Shown here: positions 30,007-39,679 of the stretch, in pieces
Layout: every line of letters begins with the position of its first letter
Position numbering within the stretch: the first letter of the stretch is position 1
Notes under the pieces: generated by a model
What the model was told of the DNA's origin: nothing
What the model saw: the letters and a program-made list of their open reading frames with translations, nothing else
The model's database searches: none
Program-made: the position numbers and the translations under genes
Assembly (NCBI GenBank): GCA_963775685.1
Contig: CAVZJV010000014.1
Location: 448,001 to 512,000, forward strand
Length of the DNA: 64,000 nt
Direction of reading: 5' to 3'
DNA from: Candidatus Bathyarchaeota archaeon
GTDB taxonomy: Archaea > Thermoproteota > Bathyarchaeia > Bathyarchaeales > Bathycorpusculaceae

Positions 30007-30750
30007 CTACTTCCACCTTGTTAGTATTTCCTCTCGTCGAAAAGTTTTTGTACTCAAAAAGAAAAGCGCCACATCAACCGCTAAGATGACCCCTGAGATT
30101 ATAAGCAGACCGTTTACGTCAAGGGTTATTATGCCTGTCTCGCTGAGAAGGTATATACCCAAGAGGGGAAAGAGAATGAAAATTCCAAAACTATTAGCGC
30201 TGCGCACATCATTAACTCTCGAAGAAACAAAGACGCTGAACAGAACACTCATCACAATAGCGACCGGCATCAGAACCAACAGCAAAGTGTCGATGTTCCA
30301 GTTTGGAAAATAATAATAGCCAAGCGTACTAAAAGTAACCTCATCAACGCCCACCATGAAAACTACAGCAGCAGCATACATTGCCATTAAAGTTGGAATA
30401 ACTGCGGAAACGGCTTTTCCAAGCAATATTTCACCATCAGTAAGAGGCGTAGCTAGAAGCGGTTCCAGACTCTTCTCCACTTTCTCCCCCACTATACTGT
30501 AGGAGGCAATTCCTAAGGGAACGTACGCTGCTCCTATAACTAAAAAGAAGGAAAAAGAGTTAAGCAAATTTGGAAGCACCGCCGGCGCTGCGAGTCCCGG
30601 GCTCCCCCTTAATGCTAAATACTCCAGTATCGACGGAAACATGACCGAGATAATAACTGGAAAAATAATAATTGAGTACCAGACGTTTTTTACTCGCCTA
30701 AATATCTTAAAGTCCCTAGCCGCTATAATCCACGCCTTTGAGATTCGCAT
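30007..30750 (-). CDS. ABC-2 type exporter permease (paralogue of 22971-23705)
   Basis: SIVGEKVEKSLEPLLATP, FRREEILT.WK. Confidence 0.9.
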   Translation of the reverse strand: MRISKAWIIAARDFKIFRRVKNVWYSIIIFPVIISVMFPSILEYLALRGSPGLAAPAVLPNLLNSFSFFLVIGAAYVPLGIASYSIVGEKVEKSLEPLLATPLTDGEILLGKAVSAVIPTLMAMYAAAVVFMVGVDEVTFSTLGYYYFPNWNIDTLLLVLMPVAIVMSVLFSVFVSSRVNDVRSANSFGIFILFPLLGIYLLSETGIITLDVNGLLIISGVILAVDVALFFLSTKTFRREEILTRWK

Positions 30751-30752
30751 AT

Positions 30753-31670
30753 TTATTTCCTCACAAGTTTTAGATAGGTATCTTCTAAAGTTGAGCCCAC
30801 CACATTGATTGATCGGACATGACCTCCCGCCAGTACTATAGCCTCTATAACAGGTGAATTTTCCTTGTCTGGGTCGTCCACACTAAATATTACTGTGTCG
30901 CCGTCGGTGGACAGGTTATTGAGCGGCAGTTTTTTCAGTGCTCCCAAAACGGCATCGCTGATTTGCTGTTCTAATCCGATAACTGTCTTTTTGCCGCTAA
31001 CGGACCTTTCAAGGTCTTGGGGAGTGCCTATTGCCCTAAGGCGCGTATTTATTATTGCTACTCTGTCGCAGATTCTTTGCGCCTCATCAAGGTTGTGGGT
31101 GTTTAGAAAGATTGTTTTCTTCTCTTTTTTTAGTTGAAGAATGAAATCTCGCACTGTTTTTGCAGCTTCGGGATCTAGATTTGCGGTAGGCTCATCCATG
31201 AAAAGGACTTGTGGGTCATGGATGAGGGCGCGGGCTATGGCGAGTTTTTGTTTCATGCCCTTGGAAAAGGTCCCTGCCAAAACGTTTCTCTTATCCCAAA
31301 GCCCCAACATCTCAAGAAAACGCTGGATGTTCTCTTTTCTTTGTGTTTCGGGGCAATCATATATCCTTGCAAAAAAGTCTAGGTTATCGTAGGCTGTCAG
31401 ATTTTCAGATAATCCAACGTTATCAGAGACAAACCCGATGATTTTGCGGATTTTGAGTGAGTCTTCTTTGTTGCCTATTTCATAATTGCCAATTTTGCCG
31501 TTTCCGCTGGTTTTGGAGATTAAGCAGCAAAGCATCCTGACAGTCGTAGTTTTTCCTGCGCCATTTGGACCCAGAAAACCGAAAACTTCCCCTTCGTTAA
31601 CATGTAATGTGAGATTGTCTACCGCTGTGAGGTCTCCGAATTTTTTGGTCAACCCATCTGTGTCTATCAA
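30753..31670 (-). CDS. ABC-2 type exporter ATP-binding subunit (paralogue of 22042-22974)
   Basis: Walker A/B and FSKGMKQK signature. Confidence 0.92.
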   Translation of the reverse strand: MIDTDGLTKKFGDLTAVDNLTLHVNEGEVFGFLGPNGAGKTTTVRMLCCLISKTSGNGKIGNYEIGNKEDSLKIRKIIGFVSDNVGLSENLTAYDNLDFFARIYDCPETQRKENIQRFLEMLGLWDKRNVLAGTFSKGMKQKLAIARALIHDPQVLFMDEPTANLDPEAAKTVRDFILQLKKEKKTIFLNTHNLDEAQRICDRVAIINTRLRAIGTPQDLERSVSGKKTVIGLEQQISDAVLGALKKLPLNNLSTDGDTVIFSVDDPDKENSPVIEAIVLAGGHVRSINVVGSTLEDTYLKLVRK

Positions 31671-31754
31671 TGCGATTATCCTTCAAGTTTAGATTAAAAC
31701 CTTGCCGATTGTTCTACTACTATAAGTCGATGATTTATAAATAAAGTTTCATTG

Positions 31755-31769
31755 GTACAAAATTTGTAC
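31755..31769. promoter_or_regulatory. Palindromic operator GTACAA-AAT-TTGTAC
   Basis: Inverted repeat beside TTTATAAA in the divergent promoter; same geometry as the 21959 site. Confidence 0.65.
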
Positions 31770-31832
31770 GATAACGGGAAAAGTCAAAAGAGATGTAGCA
31801 CTCAGATAATAAAATCAAGGAGCTAAAGGGGT

Positions 31833-32504
31833 ATGGTCCAGGATGTTTCACCAGAGCAAATTAAGCGGGTCGCAGAAAAAGCCCTAGTTATAGAACGGTA
31901 CATACTAGAGAGAGCTTGGGGACTCTGTTATGCTGCAGTCGTCGCTGAAATTGTCCTCATTCCTTTTCTGCCCTTGATTGTCCTATTCCTTGGGCTTTCA
32001 GCTGGCTATTTTCTTGTTGTTGCGATCGTGGTTAACACAGTTGTGAGCATTGTGGGCGCTGCGATGATTGCTTGGATTTTCAAGAAGGCTTATAACTCCA
32101 TGCTTGTTCGCAGAGAAATTGTAGATTCAATATGGACAAAATTGCTGAGGCCTTCGTGGATAGCATTAGTTTGGACGGCCTACTATTTGCCGATTTTTGC
32201 CGCAATTTTCTTGCTGGGCCACGACTTTTTGGTTTTTAGATTCGGACTTTTGGCCACAACAGTGTTTCCTTTATTCTTTGCGCTTAAAGGTTCGTTCCCT
32301 GAGCAGCTACCACGAGAAAGTATAGCCGTTGTGTCTGCATTAACTATTTACACGTTAGGGGGTTTTGTTGTTTCTCTCCTAAAAGCCAATGCGGGTTTTT
32401 TCCTGATTCTTTGGGTAATCTTTCTTGTTGTTCTTATCTTAGCTTCTGCACATGCACGCAGACGGAAACCTCCCATCTCTCTGGAGGATCCCCCCAAGTG
32501 GTAA
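31833..32504 (+). CDS. Multi-TM membrane protein (putative sensor partner of the adjacent wHTH)
   Basis: About 6 TM; RAWGLCYA resembles RGIGVYYA in the fused regulator at 20852-21904. Confidence 0.7.
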   Translation: MVQDVSPEQIKRVAEKALVIERYILERAWGLCYAAVVAEIVLIPFLPLIVLFLGLSAGYFLVVAIVVNTVVSIVGAAMIAWIFKKAYNSMLVRREIVDSIWTKLLRPSWIALVWTAYYLPIFAAIFLLGHDFLVFRFGLLATTVFPLFFALKGSFPEQLPRESIAVVSALTIYTLGGFVVSLLKANAGFFLILWVIFLVVLILASAHARRRKPPISLEDPPKW

Positions 32505-32839
32505 AGGACCGACAACCCAACTTCAAATTGCCCAGCACAGACATAATTAAATCATTAAACGAGCAGCTAAACGACCCTATCTTCAAATCATCTACCAGAA
32601 TATTGATTTTGATTTTGCTTGCCATGAACAAGAAGTTGACTTCTGTGGAGTTGCGTTCTTTCGCAAGGTTGGGAAAGGGTAGTTTGGAGAATCACTTGGT
32701 AAAGATGGAAGCTTCTGATCTGATCAGAGTCCGCTCTGTTAGGTCTTGGGGCGGCGTGCATCAGGTTGTGGAGATAACTGAGAAGGGACTGGAAGATTGC
32801 AGATCATTGCTTAAAAAGATTCATAGCATAGATGTTTAA
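32498..32839 (+). CDS. Winged-HTH transcriptional regulator
   Basis: RILILILL...ELR....LGKGSLENHL..ME...EITEKG; GTG 32498 preceded by GGAGG. Confidence 0.75.
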   Translation: MVKDRQPNFKLPSTDIIKSLNEQLNDPIFKSSTRILILILLAMNKKLTSVELRSFARLGKGSLENHLVKMEASDLIRVRSVRSWGGVHQVVEITEKGLEDCRSLLKKIHSIDV

Positions 32840-33323
32840 TGGATTCTTAGGAAGATGACTATTAGTCCTATTGAAAAATTAATCTTAACTTCATAAGAAT
32901 CGATTTGAAGTCATGCAAAACGCAGCCTACTCGATATAACTCAGCTTATCGCAGAAGCTACAAACCTGATGGTCATTTCAGTGGCGACGCGTATAATCAG
33001 CTATGGTAATGGAAACTAAAGGGCTTTGATCTCTTCCTGTTTGCCCCTTATTTCCATAGCAAAACTTGTTAGTGCCCAATGCCAACCACTCTCACTACGA
33101 CGGTTTAAACGATGGTGTCAAGCTAGTCCTCTGTGCTTTTAAGCCTATTACGAGCTTATTTTCAGATATTAGTCACAAAACAATGGCTTTTCTAACGGAA
33201 ACCAATTTAGAAACCACTTAGAAAGTGAGACGAGTACCTGTTTGAGGCTGAGTCCGATAGAGACTCAACCCGCTCGCGCTATCTTTTGTGATTTAGGTTA
33301 TGTCTTCCGCCTTAAGCCTTCTG

Positions 33324-34028
33324 CTAAAGCGATATAGTTTTGAATGTATACGACTCTATTGCCCAAACGGTGGTTTTAGGCAATGCCTCTTTGACTCTTT
33401 GTTCGAACTGCCGCTTTTGTTTTTCCGACCCATGCATGCTTATTGCAACATCTGGTTTGAGATCAGCCACCATCTTGAACGCATTTTCAGGCGAAGCCGT
33501 AGGCGACATCCTTCCAACAGGAACAATCGCTGCTTGAGAGGGATATTCTATTAGGCTTACATACCCCGAGTCGCCCCCGTGGAACAGCGTTATGTCATCT
33601 ATTTTTATTAGATAAAGCATTATTGGGCCGCGGTGAATTCCTTGAATAGCTGTTGCGGTTAAATCACCAAAGGTATAAGTTTTATCTGGCTGAACGCCCG
33701 CGAGTTTGTCAACTGGTATTTTTCCCTTGAGTTTGTAAGCCACTTTAGGCTCAGCCATTATGGGCGCAGCAGTTGCCTTAAAAATAGCCTCAGTTTTACC
33801 CGAGCTAAAATGATCCAAATGATTATGAGTGAAAAGAAGTAGATTAACCGTTTTTAGGGCTTTTATCTCGTAGTCTTTAAGCATGCCTGCAGGGTCAAGG
33901 AGAACTGTTTGACTGGAACTCCTTACGATGAAACCTGATACGCCCAAATAGAAAACTGCAGGTTCATTCTTCTTCACCTGCAGGGCAAAGAACTTACCAA
34001 TTTTGTCAGCTTTACTTTTTCTGAACAT
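33324..34028 (-). CDS. Metallo-beta-lactamase fold hydrolase
   Basis: THNHLDH, H, FHGGDS, MH motifs. Confidence 0.85.
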   Translation of the reverse strand: MFRKSKADKIGKFFALQVKKNEPAVFYLGVSGFIVRSSSQTVLLDPAGMLKDYEIKALKTVNLLLFTHNHLDHFSSGKTEAIFKATAAPIMAEPKVAYKLKGKIPVDKLAGVQPDKTYTFGDLTATAIQGIHRGPIMLYLIKIDDITLFHGGDSGYVSLIEYPSQAAIVPVGRMSPTASPENAFKMVADLKPDVAISMHGSEKQKRQFEQRVKEALPKTTVWAIESYTFKTISL

Positions 34029-34306
34029 CTGGAACCAATTCTTCCTTGAAACTTTTTGGCTATAAAAAGCTATTCCGTCAAGGCTGACTTATTTCTGTAA
34101 ATTAAGCCTTTCCGGGGTAATTGGTCCAACACGTTTTGGAATCCTTTCGATAATTTTTTCTGGAAAACAAACACAAAATCCTCACTCTCCCATTGATGAA
34201 AGATTTCAGAGAAAATAGCATAACCACAAACCAGAGGACACTTACTTTCACCTAAAAGTCTCTCTGTTTTTGCACAAGAACCCAATAAACAAGGAAATTT
34301 TTGTAG

Positions 34307-35026
34307 TTAAAACGCCTCTTTAATGTAGCCTTCAACCGCTTCATTAGATAGCATACCCCATTTCTTCGTTGCTATGGGTACCACGGCAATCTTTATTCTT
34401 AGCGGTAACTCCCTCGCTTGTAACGTTTTCACTAAACATTTTGCTGCAAGCGTTATACTTTTTTCAAGAGTTAAATCTTCACGGTACTCTTCTTTTATCA
34501 TTGATAGAACTGTTTCTGTTCCTGCACCTACCGCTGTAGCTTTGTATCCTGTGTAGTTTCCGCTTGGATGAGTTCCGAAGACATGTGGACCTGTTTTGTC
34601 GACTCCAGCTAAGATCATGGCAACTCCGAAGGGTCGTCCTCCACCATGTTGTGTATATGTTTGTTGGGTGTCGCATATTTTTTTGGTTGCAACTTCTACA
34701 TCAATGAGTTCATCGTATGTTAGTTTATTGCTTTGGGCGTTGATACGTGCTTGGTCGATTAGGACTCTTGCGTCCGAACTTAAGCCTATAATAGCTGCTC
34801 CAATGTGTTCGTCTACTTGAAAAATTTTCCATGAGCGTCTTTCTTCTTCAAGAACTTCTACGTTTTCTTCTGAACCCAGAACAACGCCTTCTGCACATCG
34901 GATACCTAAAATGGTGCCTCCACGATTTACTAATTCTCGGGCATATTCAACTTGGTAAAGTCGTCCATCAGGTGAGAAAACAGTTGAATTATAATCATAT
35001 GCTCCAGGTTGTGCAAATACAGCCAT
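34307..35026 (-). CDS. psmA: Proteasome alpha subunit
   Basis: YD...TVFSPDGRLYQVEYA, TQHGGGRPFGV, PSG.Y..YKATAVG. Confidence 0.93.
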   Translation of the reverse strand: MAVFAQPGAYDYNSTVFSPDGRLYQVEYARELVNRGGTILGIRCAEGVVLGSEENVEVLEEERRSWKIFQVDEHIGAAIIGLSSDARVLIDQARINAQSNKLTYDELIDVEVATKKICDTQQTYTQHGGGRPFGVAMILAGVDKTGPHVFGTHPSGNYTGYKATAVGAGTETVLSMIKEEYREDLTLEKSITLAAKCLVKTLQARELPLRIKIAVVPIATKKWGMLSNEAVEGYIKEAF

Positions 35027-35715
35027 AGTATTACCTTCTATTTCACGATCTAACTTTAAGCTTTTCTAAAGACTCATATAAGGATGCGCTCGGTTCACAA
35101 CTGATTGGTTTTTCATAGCCAATTTTGAAGACACTAACTGAATTCTAACAAACGTCCTATTGCGAAATTGTAAATCTATAAAGCTCATAACTAAACTGTA
35201 AGTTATTGGAGAAACATCAGAAGTCAAGTGTTAAGAAGAGTTTTTGACCCCTTTTGGGTATGGGACGGGCGCACTCAAACTTGGTCAAAATTTGCAGAGA
35301 TTAGTCTAATTCAATGAGTTTGAGTAAGGGAGTAAGGGACCCATACCGTGTAGGGGCAAGTCCAGCGGCCTACCCGCTTTTTTTGGAGAACGTTGTAACG
35401 ACGGCTTAAACGATGGTATCAAGCTAGCCATTGGCACGTGAACTCTTTCTTTTTTATAAAAAGAGAACCTATGCTAAATGAAAAATATGCTTTTTTATAA
35501 TTTTCGAACTCTGAAATAATTAGTATTGAAGATATAGCTTGTTCAGCAATTTCTTGATACATTTAATTTCCGTTCTTGGCTCTTTCAACTGGATCCTTAG
35601 AAAATTAAAGACCAACTGTGATCTTGTTTTCTTACTTGCTTCGGTTTTTTCCAAGTAAAATGTATTTGAGGTTAAATAATTTTTAGTAGGATAAATGCCT
35701 TAACATTTCAAGGGT

Positions 35716-35976
35716 ATGATTGTGGCGAAGAAAGAAACAATACCAGAAGTTTTAGATCAAGAGGAATTGGTTTCAGAAAAGTTAGATGAGCATGGTGAGC
35801 GATGGGTAAAAAAGTATGTTGGTGGGGGTGAGCATTTTGTTAATTGATTAGAGCAATATAGAGAAGTTTATGGCGAAAAAGATGTGGAAATAGAAGAAAT
35901 AGATTCAAGAGGGTTTAGTTGTTTTGAGATGGGTAAGGAAAAAATGTTTAGAATTTGGGTAAAAGAAAAGAAGTAA
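35716..35976 (+). pseudogene. 86-codon hypothetical gene with one in-frame TGA at codon 44
   Basis: ...WVKKYVGGGEHFVN*LEQYREVYG...IDSRGFSCFE...FRIWVK; purine-rich coding-like composition on both sides of the stop. Confidence 0.6.
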
Positions 35977-36071
35977 TTGCTACGCGCGCTAAAATGGTTG
36001 ATTTTTTAGATTTGTGGGTACACTAATTTAGAATTTTGTTACTTGGTAGCTATCGTTTTAGCTTAGGACAT

Positions 36072-36791
36072 TTATGCAACTGCTGTTCCTGATGCCAAAC
36101 CAATCAAAACAGGCGCAAAGTTATTATCAAGAACCACAATTTGGTTAACGTCCGACCAGAAAGCAGCTACTGGAGCGTAGGATTCAGAGTACACCAATTT
36201 CATCTCCATAACATAACAGTCAGAAAAGTTGAAGTCATACGCCCACTCTGTCAATTGGTAGCCTGATTGGTTATTGTAAAAGAACTGCATATGAAGTGAA
36301 CTAATCACAACTGAACCATCGGGGGAGGACATGACAGTTGTACTATTGTGCCAAGTTACTCCTTGTGGTGCAGGACTATTGTAGATACGAAATTCTGAGA
36401 ACTTTGTCACGTTTGCTTCGTAGGTTAGCTCTATGCCTTTAGGATATATAGGGTCCTCTTTTCCCTGTAGGTTGGCATACCTTGTTTCATAGTACTTTAT
36501 GACTTCTGAGTCAATAAAGTTGGCACGCGTATACGCTATGTATGCGCCTGGATGAAGATAAGCCTCGGGGTCACTTGAACCATCAAAGCGTTCTATTGAA
36601 GAAATAGCCGAATAATTCATTGATTCGGCTGCCAATAGTGCATTTTCTTCTTCTTGGTTATCAAAGCTCCGGTTGATTGTTCTCTCGTATTTATGAGGGA
36701 TTTCTGAATGAAGGTTTGCCCATACGAATGAAGATATAACAATCATAGTAATCGCGAACACTGCCATTATTAAAAGCGCTTTTCTACGCAC
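36072..36791 (-). CDS. Membrane-anchored/secreted hypothetical protein
   Basis: MRRK plus hydrophobic N-terminal helix; 239 aa. Confidence 0.7.
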   Translation of the reverse strand: MRRKALLIMAVFAITMIVISSFVWANLHSEIPHKYERTINRSFDNQEEENALLAAESMNYSAISSIERFDGSSDPEAYLHPGAYIAYTRANFIDSEVIKYYETRYANLQGKEDPIYPKGIELTYEANVTKFSEFRIYNSPAPQGVTWHNSTTVMSSPDGSVVISSLHMQFFYNNQSGYQLTEWAYDFNFSDCYVMEMKLVYSESYAPVAAFWSDVNQIVVLDNNFAPVLIGLASGTAVA

Positions 36792-37276
36792 CTCGTCCGA
36801 ACCTCAGCCTTATCTCCCAGTACTGACAATATAAGACTTGCTAACGCTTCTTTTGACCCACACTCCTAAGAGGGGGTTAAAATCAACAAATCCTCGCAAT
36901 GCGCATGACCCACCCTAAATAACATTTTTCCTTGACGCAATTCGTCAAGAGAATAACTTGTGCAGAAGTTAGAATTGCAAACATGCAGCTTCTTCTATCT
37001 GTAATTCCTTCCTTGCAAATCCGAGCAAAGCGTATTTTTTTCATGGATAGTTTCGCCCAGAAGGGTAGTTATTGCTGCCAATTTTTTGAATTATGCAAAT
37101 AGATAATCAAGTCTGCAAGCGCTTTCCTTGAAGCTACCACTTAGGTTAACGCCTTTTTTCGATAAATCCATATGAGATCAAGTGTCTTAACTTAAATCTT
37201 GCCCTCGGCAGTATCAATTTTAAGATTCCTTTATAACTCCAAATTACAATAATAGTAAAAAAAAGAGGATTAAGTT

Positions 37277-37831
37277 ATGGACCTTGATGTTTGTATTAAA
37301 GGGAGAAGAAGTGTTAGAGCTTACACCAATGAACCTGTTTCGAAAGAACAAATTGAAATTGTTTTGGAAGCTGGAGTTTGGGCTCCGACGGCGATGCATA
37401 GAGAGCCTTTGCGGTTCATAGTTATCGAGGATAAACAACTAATCAAGTATGTCTCTGATGAAACCAAGGTTATGGTTCAAAAAATGATGCCGCCCCTAGC
37501 CGAACAATTCTCAACGGCGGCTGACATAATCTGCTATAATGCACCGGTGCTCATTTTGGTTTGCACAGAAAAAGACCCGCAGTGGGATAACGTAAACTTG
37601 CTCGACAGCGTACTTGCTGCGCAGAACATGTTTCTCAAAGCCTATGAATTGGGACTTGGAACGTGCTACATGGGATTTGTTAATGTCCTAAACAATAAGC
37701 CTGATGCCCTCAAAAGGGTGGGAGTGCCGGAAAACCACACAATGACGGTACCTTTCATTATAGGACACCCAAAAATAAAACAGGGCGCCGCAAAAAGAAA
37801 CAATCCGGCTGTGCTGAAATGGGTTAAATGA
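37277..37831 (+). CDS. Nitroreductase family protein
   Basis: RRSVRAY, APTAM.REP..F, AAQN..L.AY.LGLGTC. Confidence 0.9.
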   Translation: MDLDVCIKGRRSVRAYTNEPVSKEQIEIVLEAGVWAPTAMHREPLRFIVIEDKQLIKYVSDETKVMVQKMMPPLAEQFSTAADIICYNAPVLILVCTEKDPQWDNVNLLDSVLAAQNMFLKAYELGLGTCYMGFVNVLNNKPDALKRVGVPENHTMTVPFIIGHPKIKQGAAKRNNPAVLKWVK

Positions 37832-37865
37832 TGCAAGCTATAGATTTGACGCCGAGGAATCGGAG

Positions 37866-38477
37866 TTAACTCCTGGGTTCTTCTGCTTTATTTTTTCGAA
37901 AGGTTCCCTTCGGCAGAATTATAGCTTGGTTGGGCTCACCATCGGCGACAGTTTTATTTTCCAAATACAGCTTGCCAACATAAACGCAAGTTAAAGCATC
38001 GAGCTCATGATCACTCATTTTGCTGTTGAGCCCTTCTATGCATAAATTCTCTAGCCCTACCTTTAGTTTTTCAAAACCTTTTTGCTTTCTGGGAATACCT
38101 AAAACGCTTTGGGCACCACCATGGTATGCCTAAAAGACAGTTAACCCTTGAGCTTCAAGCATATTTTTCAAGTTTATCCCGCGCTCGGTTAGTTTTCTCA
38201 TAGGACCTAAAGTTATGAGAAAGTTTTATGCAATTTTAAGGAGTTCACGATCGCTTTCTCTAAGATTGGATGTTTGTCCTTTCTTCTATTGATTTTCTTC
38301 CAGGCGGCACACATTACAGAGCATCGATAGCAACAACTTTTGGCTCGCAACTCACCGTCCTATCCAGGATTTCCAAATCATCATAAACCAAACAAGTTTG
38401 TGCTTTCATAGCTTTGAGTAAACAAAAACCGTAGGTCGAGTTTCAACCCCTGCAAGATCTAACCCAACAATCGACAA
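37866..38477 (-). pseudogene. DUF429 (RNase H-like) gene remnant
   Basis: MSIVGLDLAGVETRPT, VVAIDA, LGPMRKLTERG, HELDAL motifs interrupted by stops and frameshifts. Confidence 0.7.
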
Positions 38478-38690
38478 CTAATTTCAACATTTAAGTCTAA
38501 TTCACGCGCAGTTAATATTTCTTAATCTCCCCACCGCAATGGAACTCCTCAAAGCTCACTTTTTCAATAAAAAATGGTAATTTCACCATGTTTCTATATT
38601 AAATAAGCCTAGTTTTAGCCATTTAACAGGCAAGCGATAGAAAGTGTTTTAAACTCATACATACGAATACGTTCCATCAGAGGAAATAAC

Positions 38691-38855
38691 ATGGCAAAAT
38701 GCCCAACATGTGGAAAAGAAGTCAAAACCGCTAAGAAAACCTGGAAGATGGCTGGAAAACCAGACAAAAAAGGCAAACGGACACAACTTACCATAGCGCT
38801 CTACGATTGCTGCGGTAAGACTTTCCGCGAAGTCATAGACAAGAAGAAAATCTAA
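38691..38855 (+). CDS. Cren7/CC1-like small basic chromatin protein (not in ORF track)
   Basis: MAKCPTCGKEVKTAKKTWKMAGKPDKKGKRTQLTIALYDCCGKTFREVIDKKKI*; TTTTAAA box, GAGG SD, long T terminator. Confidence 0.75.
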   Translation: MAKCPTCGKEVKTAKKTWKMAGKPDKKGKRTQLTIALYDCCGKTFREVIDKKKI

Positions 38856-38985
38856 AACCTAACTTCCAATTTCTTTTTTTTATTTTTTTCTTTGTTTTCC
38901 TGCCTTAATTTTTTAATCCATTAGGCACCCAAAGTTGAATGTTCATTCACCAGAAAATCAAACGATAATTGCAAAGTCGAAATAG

Positions 38986-39666
38986 CTAAGTTAAGTTGCT
39001 TTTAATCAATGTACAAACCGATTTTCGCTCTTCTAAAATGGCTTCAATTCGATTAGAAAACAACCCATTAACTACGAAGCAGTCGATAGATGCTTTCAAA
39101 AGCAATTTAGGCAAAGCATGATCCACGCTTGTACGCTTGTTCATCGCCAAAAGTTCGCTGGCATACAAACTCGTAATTAATTGAGCATCTGGATAGGTCT
39201 TTGGGTCACTTAAGTAAACTCCATCTACGTCTGTAACTAACAAAACCTTATGCACCTGTAATTTGAGAGCGAGGTAAACTGCAATGGAGTCGGAAGTTAT
39301 GTTCCAGGAATTCTCCAATTGGTCTTCATGAAACAGCATCTGTGATGGTAAAAAAATAGGTAACCCTCCTAAATCTAAAAAATATTTAATTTCTTGTAGC
39401 TTGCTCACACTAACAGAATGTGGCATCAAATCTGAAAGCAACAAGCCATATTGGTCCATGGCCAAAATCGCCATCCGATGTGAAACGGTGCAAGACAGAG
39501 AAAACCTTCTGTCCAAACTTCGCACGACATCTGCAAATTCGCCACCTCCAGGTACCACTATTAACTTGTGTTTCTTGGAGACTTTGCTTAACTTAATGCA
39601 TAATGCCTTCAGCTTTTCTGGGTAAGCTGCTAAGCTTCCGCCCACCTTAATAATTGCAACATTCAT
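38986..39666 (-). CDS. mfnE: Amino-acid-kinase family enzyme of methanofuran synthesis
   Basis: IKVGGSL, PGGGEFAD.VR, H.MAILAMDQYG, SW.ITSDSIA, TDVDG; mfn context. Confidence 0.8.
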   Translation of the reverse strand: MNVAIIKVGGSLAAYPEKLKALCIKLSKVSKKHKLIVVPGGGEFADVVRSLDRRFSLSCTVSHRMAILAMDQYGLLLSDLMPHSVSVSKLQEIKYFLDLGGLPIFLPSQMLFHEDQLENSWNITSDSIAVYLALKLQVHKVLLVTDVDGVYLSDPKTYPDAQLITSLYASELLAMNKRTSVDHALPKLLLKASIDCFVVNGLFSNRIEAILEERKSVCTLIKSNLT

Positions 39667-39679
39667 CTGTTTCTCTCCT

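Noticed and set aside
35845-35847. Selenocysteine or recoded TGA in the 35716 ORF
   Set aside because: Context (HFVN*LEQ) fits a TGG-to-TGA nonsense change; no redox motif or SECIS seen, and TGA is a normal stop elsewhere in the window
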